DNA of 38,711 bases from positions 80,400 through 119,110 of the forward strand of contig PDIP01000101.1 in NCBI GenBank assembly GCA_002811645.1, written 5' to 3'. The notes beneath the pieces are model-generated. The model had not been told where the DNA came from and ran no database searches. It worked only from the letters and a program-made list of their open reading frames with translations. This document shows, one piece after another, positions 21,496 to 32,385 of the stretch. The DNA comes from Corallochytrium limacisporum Hawaii. Lineage: Eukaryota > Protista > Pluriformea. Both the position numbers and the translations under genes were made by a program. Every line of letters starts with the position of its first letter. The first letter of the stretch is position 1.

Positions 21496-22652
21496 GTTAC
21501 ATGATTCTCCAATAGACATGCTTTGCCCCTGTAAACTATAATATGAATTCATACGCCTGGTTCGTCAAGTACTCCGTAATTAGGAATTTGAGGATCACCG
21601 AAAGCCCTAATCGCTAACCACATCTTACGCCGTGCACCAACACCCCCGTTCCCGAGGGGACCCTCGCGCGTTGCCCACTATATAATATACGGACCTTTCT
21701 ATAAATAATGACCTCCCGAAAAGGAGGAAAAGGTTGGAGGCGGTGGTTCTTTCAGCTTCGGGATCCCTCCGCCCTGCGCAGTTCGGCCCACCCTGGTCCC
21801 CCAGTACGAGACCCATGCGCACCGGCAGCGGGTAGAAAATGGACCGAGCGACCGACCTGAGTGGGTGTGCAGTGAGCAGCAGCAGAGAGTGTTGGGAGGG
21901 AACCGCACCCCACCCCCCGCCCCGCAGGGGAAGGGGTTGCGAGCTCCTTGGGTATTGGGGGAAACCGGGGTTTGAATGCTTGGCAAAAGGATTTCACTGA
22001 AATTGCGGGATCTGTTAGCTATTTTCCAAACCTCTCCCTATCAATTATTCAAATACACCCTGGTAGCAGTGTGCCAGTATCGCAAAAGGAGGCAAAAACA
22101 CAAGGTAAGACTTTTACCGACACGTTCGCGGCCCACCCCCCCCTTACGGGTTTCGATTAAAACATTCTCAAACTCTGGTGGTTTTATATGGGTCTCCTCG
22201 TTCCCTTGGCACGCGGTGGCCAGTCTGCGATTGCCTCCGAAGTTTTTCTTCTTCTTTTTCTTTTTTTTTTACTTTTTGGTTTGGCCTGTGTTTTCGGTTT
22301 TTTTTTGGGTGTCTGTCAGGCGGGTGTGCCGCTTTTCCGTTTTTTTTTTGCCTTCTCTCGAAGGTTCTCGCTCGCTTGCTGAACTCGCCCTGTCTGTGTG
22401 ACCCGAGCGCGCCCGGGAGAACCCACCAACGAAACATTGGCGTGTCCCGTCACAGTGACCCATCTACCTCTGCTGCCAACCCACTGTAGACGCACCCGCT
22501 CTTTATTCGTCACCGTCCCCAACCCCCGTTTAATTTCCTCGGGACGTTCTGTTCTGTCCCCCTCCCTCACTTGGCCGTCGTTACAGGCCCGGGAGGAGGC
22601 GGTCCAGGTACAACTCTCTCACCGGCCTTGGACAAGGGAGGAGAGCTCTTTG

Positions 22653-22674
22653 CTCTCTCTCTCTCTCTCTCTCT
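22653..22674 (+). repeat. (CT)11 microsatellite
   Basis: Directly visible dinucleotide run. Confidence 0.9.
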
Positions 22675-24670
22675 CCCCCCGCGGGGTTCTCCCCAACTCC
22701 TGACCTTCAACATTTTATGATTTTGCCTTGGCGATTTGCTTGTTTTTATTTGCAGCCGCTCCGGCCCATGATTGAAACCGAAAGACCCGTGCGCTGCTGG
22801 TGAAAGATTGAGAGAGCGAGACCCTTCCCTCCTCCCGCCGGACGGGAGAGAGCGGGCCAGCGGAAACGCCGACGACTTTTACTGTCCAGCCCGACTTACC
22901 TCACCACCCGAGAACCAAGACAACGGCTGTTGGCCTGAGAACTCGACCGAAGGGAGGGGGGAGGGGCGCTGGCTCTTGGCGGCGATGTTTGGTGAAGTGG
23001 GGAGAGGACAGCTCTGTCAGCACAACCACCGGCCCGGTTTCTTCGTATATTCGCTCTGCCTTTTCTTTTCCGTTCGAGTGCATCACACGCAAGCACGGCA
23101 CGGCACGGCGGGTTAATAGAGAAAGGTGGAGGAAAAATGAAACAAAATAAAAGGAGACCCAGTCCGGGCGATGAACGGGGTAAGGTCAGAGGGTCGGGTC
23201 ATTGACACGCGACAGAAAGCGCTCTTTCCCCCCTTTCCTCCCTTCCTCGCTCGTTCTTCTCGCTCTCATGCGTCCTTGTGCTTTTTGCCTTTCCCGGTTT
23301 TATTTTCTCTGCTTTTTTGGCTCATTGGTATTTTTCTGTGGATCTTCGGGGACCAAACCCCTCTCTCCTAGCCCTACACTGGCGTACATTTGCTATACAT
23401 AGACCACCAATGATTTAGTTCATTACTTGCGGTTTTGACTCTCTCCCCCTTTTGCCCGTTTGTGGAAGGAAAAGGAAAAAGGAAAACGAACGAAAAAACG
23501 AGAGAGTTTCCCTTATCTCACTACTACGCAATGGGTGGCCCCCCTCCCCCCCCCATTCCTTTGTTCCAGCGCACACTCCTTAAAACCGAAATACTCTACC
23601 CTGCGTTGCCTTCATTTGGTTACACGGGCGCCCGTACTCGCGTTCGGAACACGAGACTGCAAAGAGGGAAGAAAAAGGGCAGGAGAACTCCGAAACGGCA
23701 GGCAGCGGGGCAGCTGCAAAAAGTGGACCACAACCGAAAATTCATTAACAGAGGGTTGGGTAGATTGAGTATGGGGTCCTGCGTGTGTTACTTGCTCTCT
23801 CCCCAACGAAACGAGAAAGTTTCATCCCAAGTTTTTTCCTTGCCAGTCGTTGGATTCCCCCCCCCCCTTTGGGAGTGGGGTCTCTCTCATTGTGCTGACG
23901 CTGCGAGACCTGTTTTTTTTTTCCTCCCTGTCCTTTTTCTTTTTGGGTACTGGGCCTGGGGAAGGCACCGGGGCCACCGCCACTGCTGCCGTGACCAGGA
24001 GAGGGCCCGAGGGGAGTCCTAGCGCTCTTGCTTCTTTCCCGGCCGCGATAGAGTGGGGAGGCGGGCCACCGCAAATCGTCGTTCTCGTTTTTCGCAGCCT
24101 CTCTCTCTACAAGTTCGCCTCCTGATTACTGAGGGCGCTTCGTGGTTTAGCGAGTGAGTGGCTCTTTTGCGAGAGTGTGCGGCGGCGAAGTGTTTTCATT
24201 TCGGTCTCCCTAACTCATTGCCCATCACATGAAGAGTGGATTTGGGATCGAAGGATGCGGAATATGTTGCTGCAGCATTGTCGAGGAGTACGTCCCCAAT
24301 GAGGTATGAAATTGCGCAGGGGCTGTGTATCTGGTAGGTGGTCATCAACGGTTCAAATAGATATTACTCTGGTCACCTTTAGGCATAGAGCGGTAGTTCG
24401 CCAAGAGCTCGAAGACCCGTAGTAGGACAGCCTCTGCAGTAGGCTTGTTTGTAGTTTTAGTTGATACGGGGAGATTGCTCAGAGCTTGATTTAATTGTGG
24501 TAGGAGACAGCTGAGGACAGGATCCAGCCGACACCTAAAGGACCAAGTATCAGTCTGGGATAAAGGGAAAGAATAGCTTCCTGCATCTTTTACAGGTAAT
24601 ACTCTCATTAGCGGGCGAGGTTGACCTTGCCCCCATTAGTAGGCCATAAGAGAACAGAAGGACGCAAACT

Positions 24671-26047
24671 ATGCACACAGAACGAGAGTTGAGGACGGGG
24701 GTGGGCCACCTGGAATCATCGGAAGGTAGAGGTCCATCCGCCTGGGGTCAGGCCACCAGAAATTTCAGCATGGTTGTGTCTTCGCTCGGCCGGAGGTGTG
24801 CAACACCTTTTGTTACAGCAGTATTGTTCCTGCAGCTCATGATCTGTTCCTTGAGCTTTTTTGATTCACAAGTCGGTGCGGTGATTGCTGTGACAGAGGA
24901 GCGGGTCTCCTTTGCGTTCCAAGATTTGCAGGCAAGTCTTGGGCCTGCCTTCCCAGAAGATGGATTGACGGGCTTCACAGTAGTACCCCAAAACTTGGAA
25001 GGGTGCACTCCCATCGATGTGCACCAACTCAAGGACAAGGAGAGCCACTCAGGTGGAGAGCCTGGACTCCATCACAGTGATGGCCAGGACCGGCCGCTAT
25101 TCTTCCTCCTGATCCGCGGTGGCTGTGCGTTTGCCACCAAGATTATCAATGCGCAGAACGCTGGTGCGGATGCAGTGATTGTGGCGGACAACATTTACGG
25201 CCCGCTGCTCACCATGTACGACCGCGACGAGCTGTCTCACGACATCCACATTCCTTCGGTATTTGTGTCCAAAGCGGACGGTGTTATTATCCGGCGTCTG
25301 GCCACCCACACGACCCTCTTCACACTCAACAACAACCCACAGCTTACCATTGCGACCGTGTCTGGTCCATTCATTGTGGTGGTGGTGCTCATGGTGCTGA
25401 TCGTCGTGTGCTATGCGATTGCCCGGCAGAGGCGCGCGGGCCTTCTAGGTCACGGATCCCGCGCCGTTCTAACTGAAAGCATCCTCCGCCGCATCCCCAT
25501 GCGTTACTATCAGAAGCACGAATTTAACACGGGCTGTAGTATCTGTCTTGATGACTTCGAAGAGGAGGAACAGATCCGAATGCTGCCGTGTGGGCATGAG
25601 TATCACGTGAATTGCGTGGACCATTGGTTGACCACCCGGTCCGCGACATGTCCCATCTGCAAGAGAGATCTCATTGCCACAATGAACAATACGGGCACAA
25701 ACAACAGTAACTGCACCAATTGCAATAGCCGTGGTACCACACCGACTGGCATCGCACCGACGGCAATGCTCCAGGTGAACACGAACGGTAGTCACACCGG
25801 TGCAGGCTACAACTTGGATATCCTGGATGAGGATACCCCCTTACTCTCTTCGAACAGCGCCTCACCGGTAGGGCGCCTCACTCTGAGTCCGCGCGCGATG
25901 AACTCACGGCGCAGTTCCACTCCTCGTAGTGTCATTGCGGGTAGCAGCAGCGGATCGTCATCGTCGGGTGACAGCGACATTGCCGACGACGGCAGCGACA
26001 TGTGCGTGGTGAACATGCAGAGTTCGGACGAGGGCAAGTATGCATGA
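24671..26047 (+). CDS. PA-TM-RING E3 ubiquitin ligase (RNF13/RNF167/RMR-like)
   Basis: Hydrophobic signal segment, PA domain (LIRGGCAFATKIINAQNAGADAVIVADN, IHIPSVFVSK), TM helix, RING-H2 CSICLDDF...LPCGHEYHVNCVDHWL...CPICK, Ser-rich tail. The true start may be ATG 24770, closer to the signal peptide. Confidence 0.92.
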   Translation: MHTERELRTGVGHLESSEGRGPSAWGQATRNFSMVVSSLGRRCATPFVTAVLFLQLMICSLSFFDSQVGAVIAVTEERVSFAFQDLQASLGPAFPEDGLTGFTVVPQNLEGCTPIDVHQLKDKESHSGGEPGLHHSDGQDRPLFFLLIRGGCAFATKIINAQNAGADAVIVADNIYGPLLTMYDRDELSHDIHIPSVFVSKADGVIIRRLATHTTLFTLNNNPQLTIATVSGPFIVVVVLMVLIVVCYAIARQRRAGLLGHGSRAVLTESILRRIPMRYYQKHEFNTGCSICLDDFEEEEQIRMLPCGHEYHVNCVDHWLTTRSATCPICKRDLIATMNNTGTNNSNCTNCNSRGTTPTGIAPTAMLQVNTNGSHTGAGYNLDILDEDTPLLSSNSASPVGRLTLSPRAMNSRRSSTPRSVIAGSSSGSSSSGDSDIADDGSDMCVVNMQSSDEGKYA

Positions 26048-26179
26048 TCCATTGACAAATTATTTTGAAACATAACATATCTATACAAAGAAAATGGAAT
26101 GACGAGTTTTGACTTTACGACCACGAGAGTGTTCATGTTCATGTTGCGATGATTCTTCCCAATACAGCAAAGTTGAGTG

Positions 26180-27118
26180 TCATGTAATCTTTTTGCTACC
26201 ATTGGCCCTCCAATTATTGACGTCCTGCTGCGTGACCTTGCGATGTTCCCTTTCTTCGTCGGAGTAAGTGTGTTTGGCAGGAGCCGCCCGGTAGACTAAA
26301 TGCGTACCCGTGCCGAAGTAACTTGTCGTCGGTTCCGGGACAATGTGCGGCCGTGGACCGGCACCTTTGTATTCGAGGACTTCGATTGCCATCTGCGCAA
26401 TCTTTCTGTTCGTTAAGTTCACCGACGGATGGTTCGCGTACTCCCCAATGTCCATCCACTTCGCTGCCGCAATTTCTCTTTCGCAACGTACAATTTCCTT
26501 CGTTTTGGCCCGTAGCAGGGCCACAAAATAAATGTCGGAGGTGTCAAAGGCGTAAGTATGCATGTGCCGGAAGCACAGAATGCTCAGGAATTCGGTCTGC
26601 ACACCGGTCTCTTCCAAGACTTCCCGCATAGCTGTTTCATGAAGATCCTCGGCACGGTCACCCATTCCACCAGGAAGCTTCCAATGCGGTTCCTCAGAGA
26701 TTCTGTATTTCTCGCACACAACAAGGACTTGACCCTGATCGTTGACAACAAACCCACCGACTCCAATGCAGTGGGTGGCGTACTCTGGCAGAGTGTTCGG
26801 TTTATCGGTTGGGAGCCACAGATTGAGCATCGCAAAGTCTTTCTTGGCATGATGGAAGCTAAATCCGTATTCATGCAGCACGCTGAAGAGATATCCCAGG
26901 CTCAAGGGGACCTTGATCCAAAGCCCTCTGATTCCGTGCTTTCGGCATGCCTCAATGTCCTGAGCGAGAATCGTACCGAACTCTTCGGTTGTAGGTTCAG
27001 ACGACGTAATCAACCGGTTTCTTTGGTCCGTCAGATCTATAGTGAATCCATTGTACCGGTCCTTGTGTCCCTTAAGGGCTGTGTTCAGTTCTGTAGTTGT
27101 TTGTGAGGATGGCACCAT
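26180..27118 (-). CDS. NUDT6: Nudix hydrolase, NUDT6/AtNUDT8-like
   Basis: N-terminal DRYNG, RGLWIKVP, GFSFHHAK, LPEYATHCIGVGGFV; Nudix box WKLPGGMGDRAEDLHETAMREVLEETGV; SDIYFV; EIAAAKWM. ATG at 27118. Confidence 0.9.
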   Translation of the reverse strand: MVPSSQTTTELNTALKGHKDRYNGFTIDLTDQRNRLITSSEPTTEEFGTILAQDIEACRKHGIRGLWIKVPLSLGYLFSVLHEYGFSFHHAKKDFAMLNLWLPTDKPNTLPEYATHCIGVGGFVVNDQGQVLVVCEKYRISEEPHWKLPGGMGDRAEDLHETAMREVLEETGVQTEFLSILCFRHMHTYAFDTSDIYFVALLRAKTKEIVRCEREIAAAKWMDIGEYANHPSVNLTNRKIAQMAIEVLEYKGAGPRPHIVPEPTTSYFGTGTHLVYRAAPAKHTYSDEEREHRKVTQQDVNNWRANGSKKIT

Positions 27119-27603
27119 TGACACTTTAGTCTATGCCTGCGGACTGCAATGGCTCACGACCAAATTCCAAAATTGTAGCAGTGCGAATGTTCGCTGTATT
27201 GAGTTTCACCCTGTGCCAAGGTTGTATGGTTGTTTCATCAATAGAGTGCGTGGTTCATGAAAGGCGAGCCAGCCTGAAATAACACTGCTATGCTCGTATG
27301 GAGACGACCTGGTCCTTGTTCTGGTTCGGCCGTGACACAGAGCGGCATAAAAGAGGGTGCTGCGCAGTTCCCAAGCGCCCCCCCGGGAGGGGAGGGGTTT
27401 TCAAATGAAGGAGAGAGTGGTAGCTGGTAGTGCTGAGCAGGGTCAGCAACACAGTGCCTGGCACTCCATCTCTCCGAGTGGAACATTTGACAAACCATCA
27501 AACACTAAGAGTTTTGTACCTGTAGCAGTACACGAAAGGATCCAGAAGGACGCAGGATGTACAGCTCTCTATTCAAGTTTATGTGTCTAAGATACATTTA
27601 CGT

Positions 27604-28347
27604 TTACTGGACCTTAGCCTTCAGGAACTCAAGAGCCATTCCCATTGCCTCCTTGACAGCGGCCGCGGTCTTGTCGTTGGAGAGATCCCCTCGAGAATGG
27701 AATCCGTGCACCTCAGTCTCAAATGTCTTGACCTTCACATCGTTACCGGCGTCTTTGACGACCCTGATCGTGGCACCATCCTCCTTTACGTCAGCCGGAT
27801 CATTACCAGCGGGACAGATCAGCTGGTCGCACTTGACTTTGCTAGCAATCTCCTCGACCTTGCCACCGAAAATTGTCTCGATGATGAATGCCGGGTGAAT
27901 ATTTACGCAGGCATCAACCAGACCATCACCGGATAGCCGGAAATTAACCCAGCAGCCCCAACAGTGTCCAAAGGACCCAACCTTGGTTGCACCATGGTCC
28001 TTCAGATACTTAATGGCTTTCTCTGCGTCGGCCTTGACCCCGGCGTAAGGGTACTTCTGAACCCACGGAACAAATCCATCGCTACCAACATCGGCATTGG
28101 CAGTCACGCAGTCATTTCCGCGATAATAGTCGGGTAGAATTACGTTGAATCCTGCATCAGCAAGCTGGTCGCAGATCAGACGAGTGCGGCCACCCTTCCA
28201 GCCATAGACATCCGCGTTGAGAAGAATACCGGCTGTACCTGTGCCAATGACGTAGCAAGGGACCCCGTCGACATCAATCTCTTTACCTAGTGGAGTGTAG
28301 TTAGCCGCACGAGCGGGCTCGGATCCAACAGGACAGCAGGAAGACAT
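27604..28347 (-). CDS. Dienelactone hydrolase family protein (CMBL/Aim2-like)
   Basis: DVYG, CDQLADAGFNVILPDYY, nucleophile elbow GHCWG, AGND and HGF completing a Cys-Asp-His triad. Confidence 0.92.
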   Translation of the reverse strand: MSSCCPVGSEPARAANYTPLGKEIDVDGVPCYVIGTGTAGILLNADVYGWKGGRTRLICDQLADAGFNVILPDYYRGNDCVTANADVGSDGFVPWVQKYPYAGVKADAEKAIKYLKDHGATKVGSFGHCWGCWVNFRLSGDGLVDACVNIHPAFIIETIFGGKVEEIASKVKCDQLICPAGNDPADVKEDGATIRVVKDAGNDVKVKTFETEVHGFHSRGDLSNDKTAAAVKEAMGMALEFLKAKVQ

Positions 28348-29530
28348 ACTTGATTCCGTAGGACGGTCAACACTATCATCAACAGAGTAAGAGTTTACTC
28401 ACATCAAAGGGGACTCAGTCATTCGACTTGCATTAGGGTACACGTGTTGTACCTTACATTGACCGTGGCTCCCTGACACCGTCGACCTCTGGTAGTGTGA
28501 TGATGTGTCCCTTGACCGCGCAGATGCGGACGCGGGCTAGGGCAAAGGGGACTCTCCTTAGCACCGGTGCAATTCAGAAGAGCAAACAATAGAACAGAAC
28601 CGCGTCAACACTCTATGGCCGTCGGATTCGTTCCATTTGACACGCTCACTTAAACTGAAGTCTGCCACAAGACAGACAGATGGCATGACCCGCAAAGACT
28701 CTGCATCACCATGTTGTTGTTTCATCCCAATGCGCAATTCTAATGCCTGGCGCGTCAATCGACCGGAGCTCAATAATTTTATGATTGCTCCGACGGGCAG
28801 ATGTCGTCGCCCAGGGCCCACGTTACACACTGCTGGTCTGCCATAGTGGGAGTATTACCGGTTTATTCACTATGGAAAAATGCTTTGGATGGGGGCCTAA
28901 TTAATTTGCCCGAGGCGGTGTGGGTTCTCAGTGTTAAATGTACTGGACACCAATTATCCTCCCTCCGGCACGCTCACTGAAATGTGTTTCCATAGTGAAT
29001 GTACCGATAATAGATGTCAGGGACACACCCCCCTCCCGCTCTATCCTTAGCATGAACAGTGGGACCACCTCCCGCGGTACCACTACCCAGAGTGGCCGAA
29101 GCGGATTTTTTCCCATCCATTGGGCCCAAGGGTACCCTCCCTCCCAACCGGTCGGTTTCGGTGAGAGCGAAGGCAGAGGCACAGGACAGAAATAGCAACA
29201 GACCGGTGGGCGCCCATAGTGGAGAAACTGGCGGATAGAACCCGTCCCTTTTCTTTCGATGAGGAATATTACCTTCACCGGTTATCGTCGCAGATGGTAG
29301 TGCTGCTGTGCAAAGAGTGTGCGTGTGTCCCGCTTCCGTGCTCGGGGTGTTCGCAAAACGGTCAATTGTTGCTGCCATCGACCCCAGAGCCTCTCAAAGG
29401 TCAACCATCCATCGGAAGTGCACGGAGCTCTATAGTGAGAAGCTACTTATGTGGCGACGAGTCTGAAGATCGGCAATGATTAAATAGTACAATTCTATCG
29501 CAGGGCCCAAGTAGATAGACCAAAGCTAGA

Positions 29531-30340
29531 ATGGCAACTCGGCAAACGGAAGAGCAGCGGCTCATCATGCCGCAGACATGGCACGAGGTCCATGAATCTG
29601 TGCAACCGGTTGCAAAGGCTCTAGAAAATGCGTACCAGGGAGTAGTGAATAAGAACTATTATGGGACACCGGCACTGGATCAGCTACTGCAGCGGTACAA
29701 GATGTCAAGTCGGGTCATTCACGGAGACGATCTGGTACCGCCGGAACTGCACTGGCCGGGAAGAGAGTACGAATTCGCAACGATGCGGAAGGACAATCCG
29801 TACATGGAGAAAGCACTGACAGGATATGACAGTGCTGGCACTGTCTTCCGTTACACACCCTTTGGCTTTTTCGGGCGCAGCATGCTCGGGGAGACGAAAC
29901 TGAGGCACTACCGCTGGACTTTTTCGCCCAGTTTAATGCGTGTATGGTTCGTAACCGTGCCCAGCTACGATCTTGAGCAAAATCCTGGAATATGCCACGG
30001 TGGTGTAACGGGAGCAATATTTGATGAGATTTGCGGGACGCTCGGAAATCATTGCGGTTCATGCATGACCATTTATCTCAACACAACTTTCAAAGCACCT
30101 ATCCGCACTCTAGAGCCGGTCGTGTTTGAGGCTTTCTTGCAGCGGCTCGAGGGACGGAAAATGTTCCTCTACGGCACAGCTCGGGATGGTAATGGTAAAC
30201 TTCTGGCCTCGTGCGAAACACTTTTCGTTCTGATTCGCGAGGCTCCGCCCAAGGCCATGTTCATTTGGATCAAGCCTCCGGTCAACATGCTGAAGAAGGC
30301 TGCGGAAGAAAAGAAGGACAAGGAAAAGTCGCGCCTCTAG
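29531..30340 (+). CDS. Hotdog-fold acyl-CoA thioesterase (THEM4/PaaI-like) with C-terminal PTS1
   Basis: PGICHGGVTGAIFDE, TIYLNTTFKAP, EGRKMFL; ends -SRL. Confidence 0.85.
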   Translation: MATRQTEEQRLIMPQTWHEVHESVQPVAKALENAYQGVVNKNYYGTPALDQLLQRYKMSSRVIHGDDLVPPELHWPGREYEFATMRKDNPYMEKALTGYDSAGTVFRYTPFGFFGRSMLGETKLRHYRWTFSPSLMRVWFVTVPSYDLEQNPGICHGGVTGAIFDEICGTLGNHCGSCMTIYLNTTFKAPIRTLEPVVFEAFLQRLEGRKMFLYGTARDGNGKLLASCETLFVLIREAPPKAMFIWIKPPVNMLKKAAEEKKDKEKSRL

Positions 30341-30503
30341 ATAGACACATTAGTGTGATCTATGCGTCATCATCTCAATATCAAGCTCATCATCACCAAC
30401 TCTACACCGTCCAGCATTTCCATCCATCATCCATTACAAAATATAGTAGTCCACTTCAAGGTTTCCATCCCTCGTACTGACCCGCCAAACTTCCCCCCCC
30501 CCC

Positions 30504-30526
30504 NNNNNNNNNNNNNNNNNNNNNNN
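30504..30526. other. Assembly gap
   Basis: N run between C11 and G10. Confidence 0.99.
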
Positions 30527-30970
30527 GGGGGGGGGGTGGTGTGTGCGGCCGCCCTTTCCTTCGTGATCCCTCTGGCCAGCTGCTGTGGGCTCGGGCAATT
30601 GCTGTCGTCAAACTTTCTTTTTTTGGCGGGAGCGGTTCGTAAGGGGAGAGAGCTGGCTGGCAAGCGTACGTACCGGTCGGAGACCTTCTGCCGGCCCTCG
30701 GCCCAGGAGGGCGCTGCTGATGCGTGGGCCTGAAGAGCGGCAACGAGTAAACCAGGGGCTCAAGCCGAGCTGAATGGGTTTCCGACGGTACCTTCAGATA
30801 CTTAAGTTCGCCGGGATGGTGTGTGAGACAATCCAAGACATGTGTCAATCAGTTCAGAAATACTGCAACAAAGGGTTGTAACATTGTGTTAGGCATGTAC
30901 ATACATGATTGATGAAGAATGTAATAGAAATCAAGGTGCTTGTGTCGATACCAAATAGTCTAATTCTGCC

Positions 30971-32299
30971 ATGAGCGACGATATTGGCATTTCTATGCCA
31001 ATCGATGACATTGATGTGACCATTGAGCGCTTCATAGCAGAAGTCGCAGAAGAATCACTGCAGGGTGAAGAGTCACAACTAGGTGACAGTTTTTCGAATC
31101 TACAGTCCTATTTAGGAACTTTGGGCGGCGATACCAGTACGCAGCAGCGGACACTATTCAGGGAACGAAGCCCCCAAGAACCGCGCACTATGTCCCCATT
31201 ATCAGAAGAGGATGATCTAGACCGGCGCCTAAGGAATTTGGTTATGGACCTGGACTACGAGTCACCACAGACAGACCAGCGTGAGATTTCTCAGGAGCGT
31301 ATTGCATCTGAATTGACACCGCGCCAGGACTTTAAGTTCAGCAAGGCCGCTGCAAAGGAATCAGTATCTCCTACACCTGCCGTGGCTTCTGCAGAGCCGT
31401 CAACTTCACAACAGAGGGTTGGATTGACGCCATACGCTGGAGAGATAGACGTCACCCCAAGGCGGCCTGAGGCGGAAGCGCATCGCAGGGCTGTAGTAGC
31501 AAATTGGCTCGCAAAGGACAAGCTCATCCTGGATCATTCAGACAAGCAGCCGATGCGTACTGTGGTGGACACGATCCAGCGCATGTTCACGAACCTAAAT
31601 AACATGAACGACACGCACCATACAGGAGACAGTGAATTCTTGCACGAAAACGTGTCTTATCGAGACCCAAGCCTGGTTGGTGATCGGATATCTCAGGTTC
31701 GGAATCTTGTGCAGAAGGGCAATGCGGCTCGATGGGAGCAGGAGAGCATGAGCACGGATCTGGATAACCCGTACAATGAGCACGGGAATCCTGTCATGCT
31801 CCCTCACGAGCACAGGAGACGTATGCAACTCCGTGCCACTTCAAGATACATTGTCCAAGGCAAGCAGCGGGAGGCTAAAGCTGCCTACTTCAAACACTGG
31901 ATCCACCGCACTATGTTGCAAATGGTGGATCGTCGTCGCAAGGGACGGGTCTTGACGACAACATGGCACCGCTGGAAGCAACAAATGAACGACGTTGCAC
32001 TTGTTCGCCAGTACCAGACAAATGCCAAAGTCTACCAACGCTGGCGAGTTGATGTGTTGCGGCAGACTTGGAAGCGCTGGCTCAAAACACATGCCGACAA
32101 GACGGCTGGTGTCCTGCTCCTGGATTCGTACTTGCAGTTCGCCCATCGCTTCCGCGCGTATGTGCTGACTGCTCGGGCCTGGCAGGCCTGGAAACTCAAG
32201 GCACGAAATCGGGCTTACCTGCTTCGGACCATGCTCGTACAACAGTCACAAAAGTCCATATACCAACCCAATATGTCTCGACACGCGAATTTACTCTAA
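30971..32299 (+). CDS. Uncharacterised protein with C-terminal Sfi1-like (centrin-binding) repeats
   Basis: 442-aa ORF with gccATG context; acidic N-terminus; four spaced F/W-x-x-W motifs (YFKHW, WHRWK, WKRWL, WQAWK). Confidence 0.6.
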   Translation: MSDDIGISMPIDDIDVTIERFIAEVAEESLQGEESQLGDSFSNLQSYLGTLGGDTSTQQRTLFRERSPQEPRTMSPLSEEDDLDRRLRNLVMDLDYESPQTDQREISQERIASELTPRQDFKFSKAAAKESVSPTPAVASAEPSTSQQRVGLTPYAGEIDVTPRRPEAEAHRRAVVANWLAKDKLILDHSDKQPMRTVVDTIQRMFTNLNNMNDTHHTGDSEFLHENVSYRDPSLVGDRISQVRNLVQKGNAARWEQESMSTDLDNPYNEHGNPVMLPHEHRRRMQLRATSRYIVQGKQREAKAAYFKHWIHRTMLQMVDRRRKGRVLTTTWHRWKQQMNDVALVRQYQTNAKVYQRWRVDVLRQTWKRWLKTHADKTAGVLLLDSYLQFAHRFRAYVLTARAWQAWKLKARNRAYLLRTMLVQQSQKSIYQPNMSRHANLL

Positions 32300-32385
32300 A
32301 TGTCAGACGATAGTAACGAAAGTTGTTAAAGAAATACCATCCTAAACGAGAAAAGAGTTGTAAGGATATGTAGATTGTATACCGA

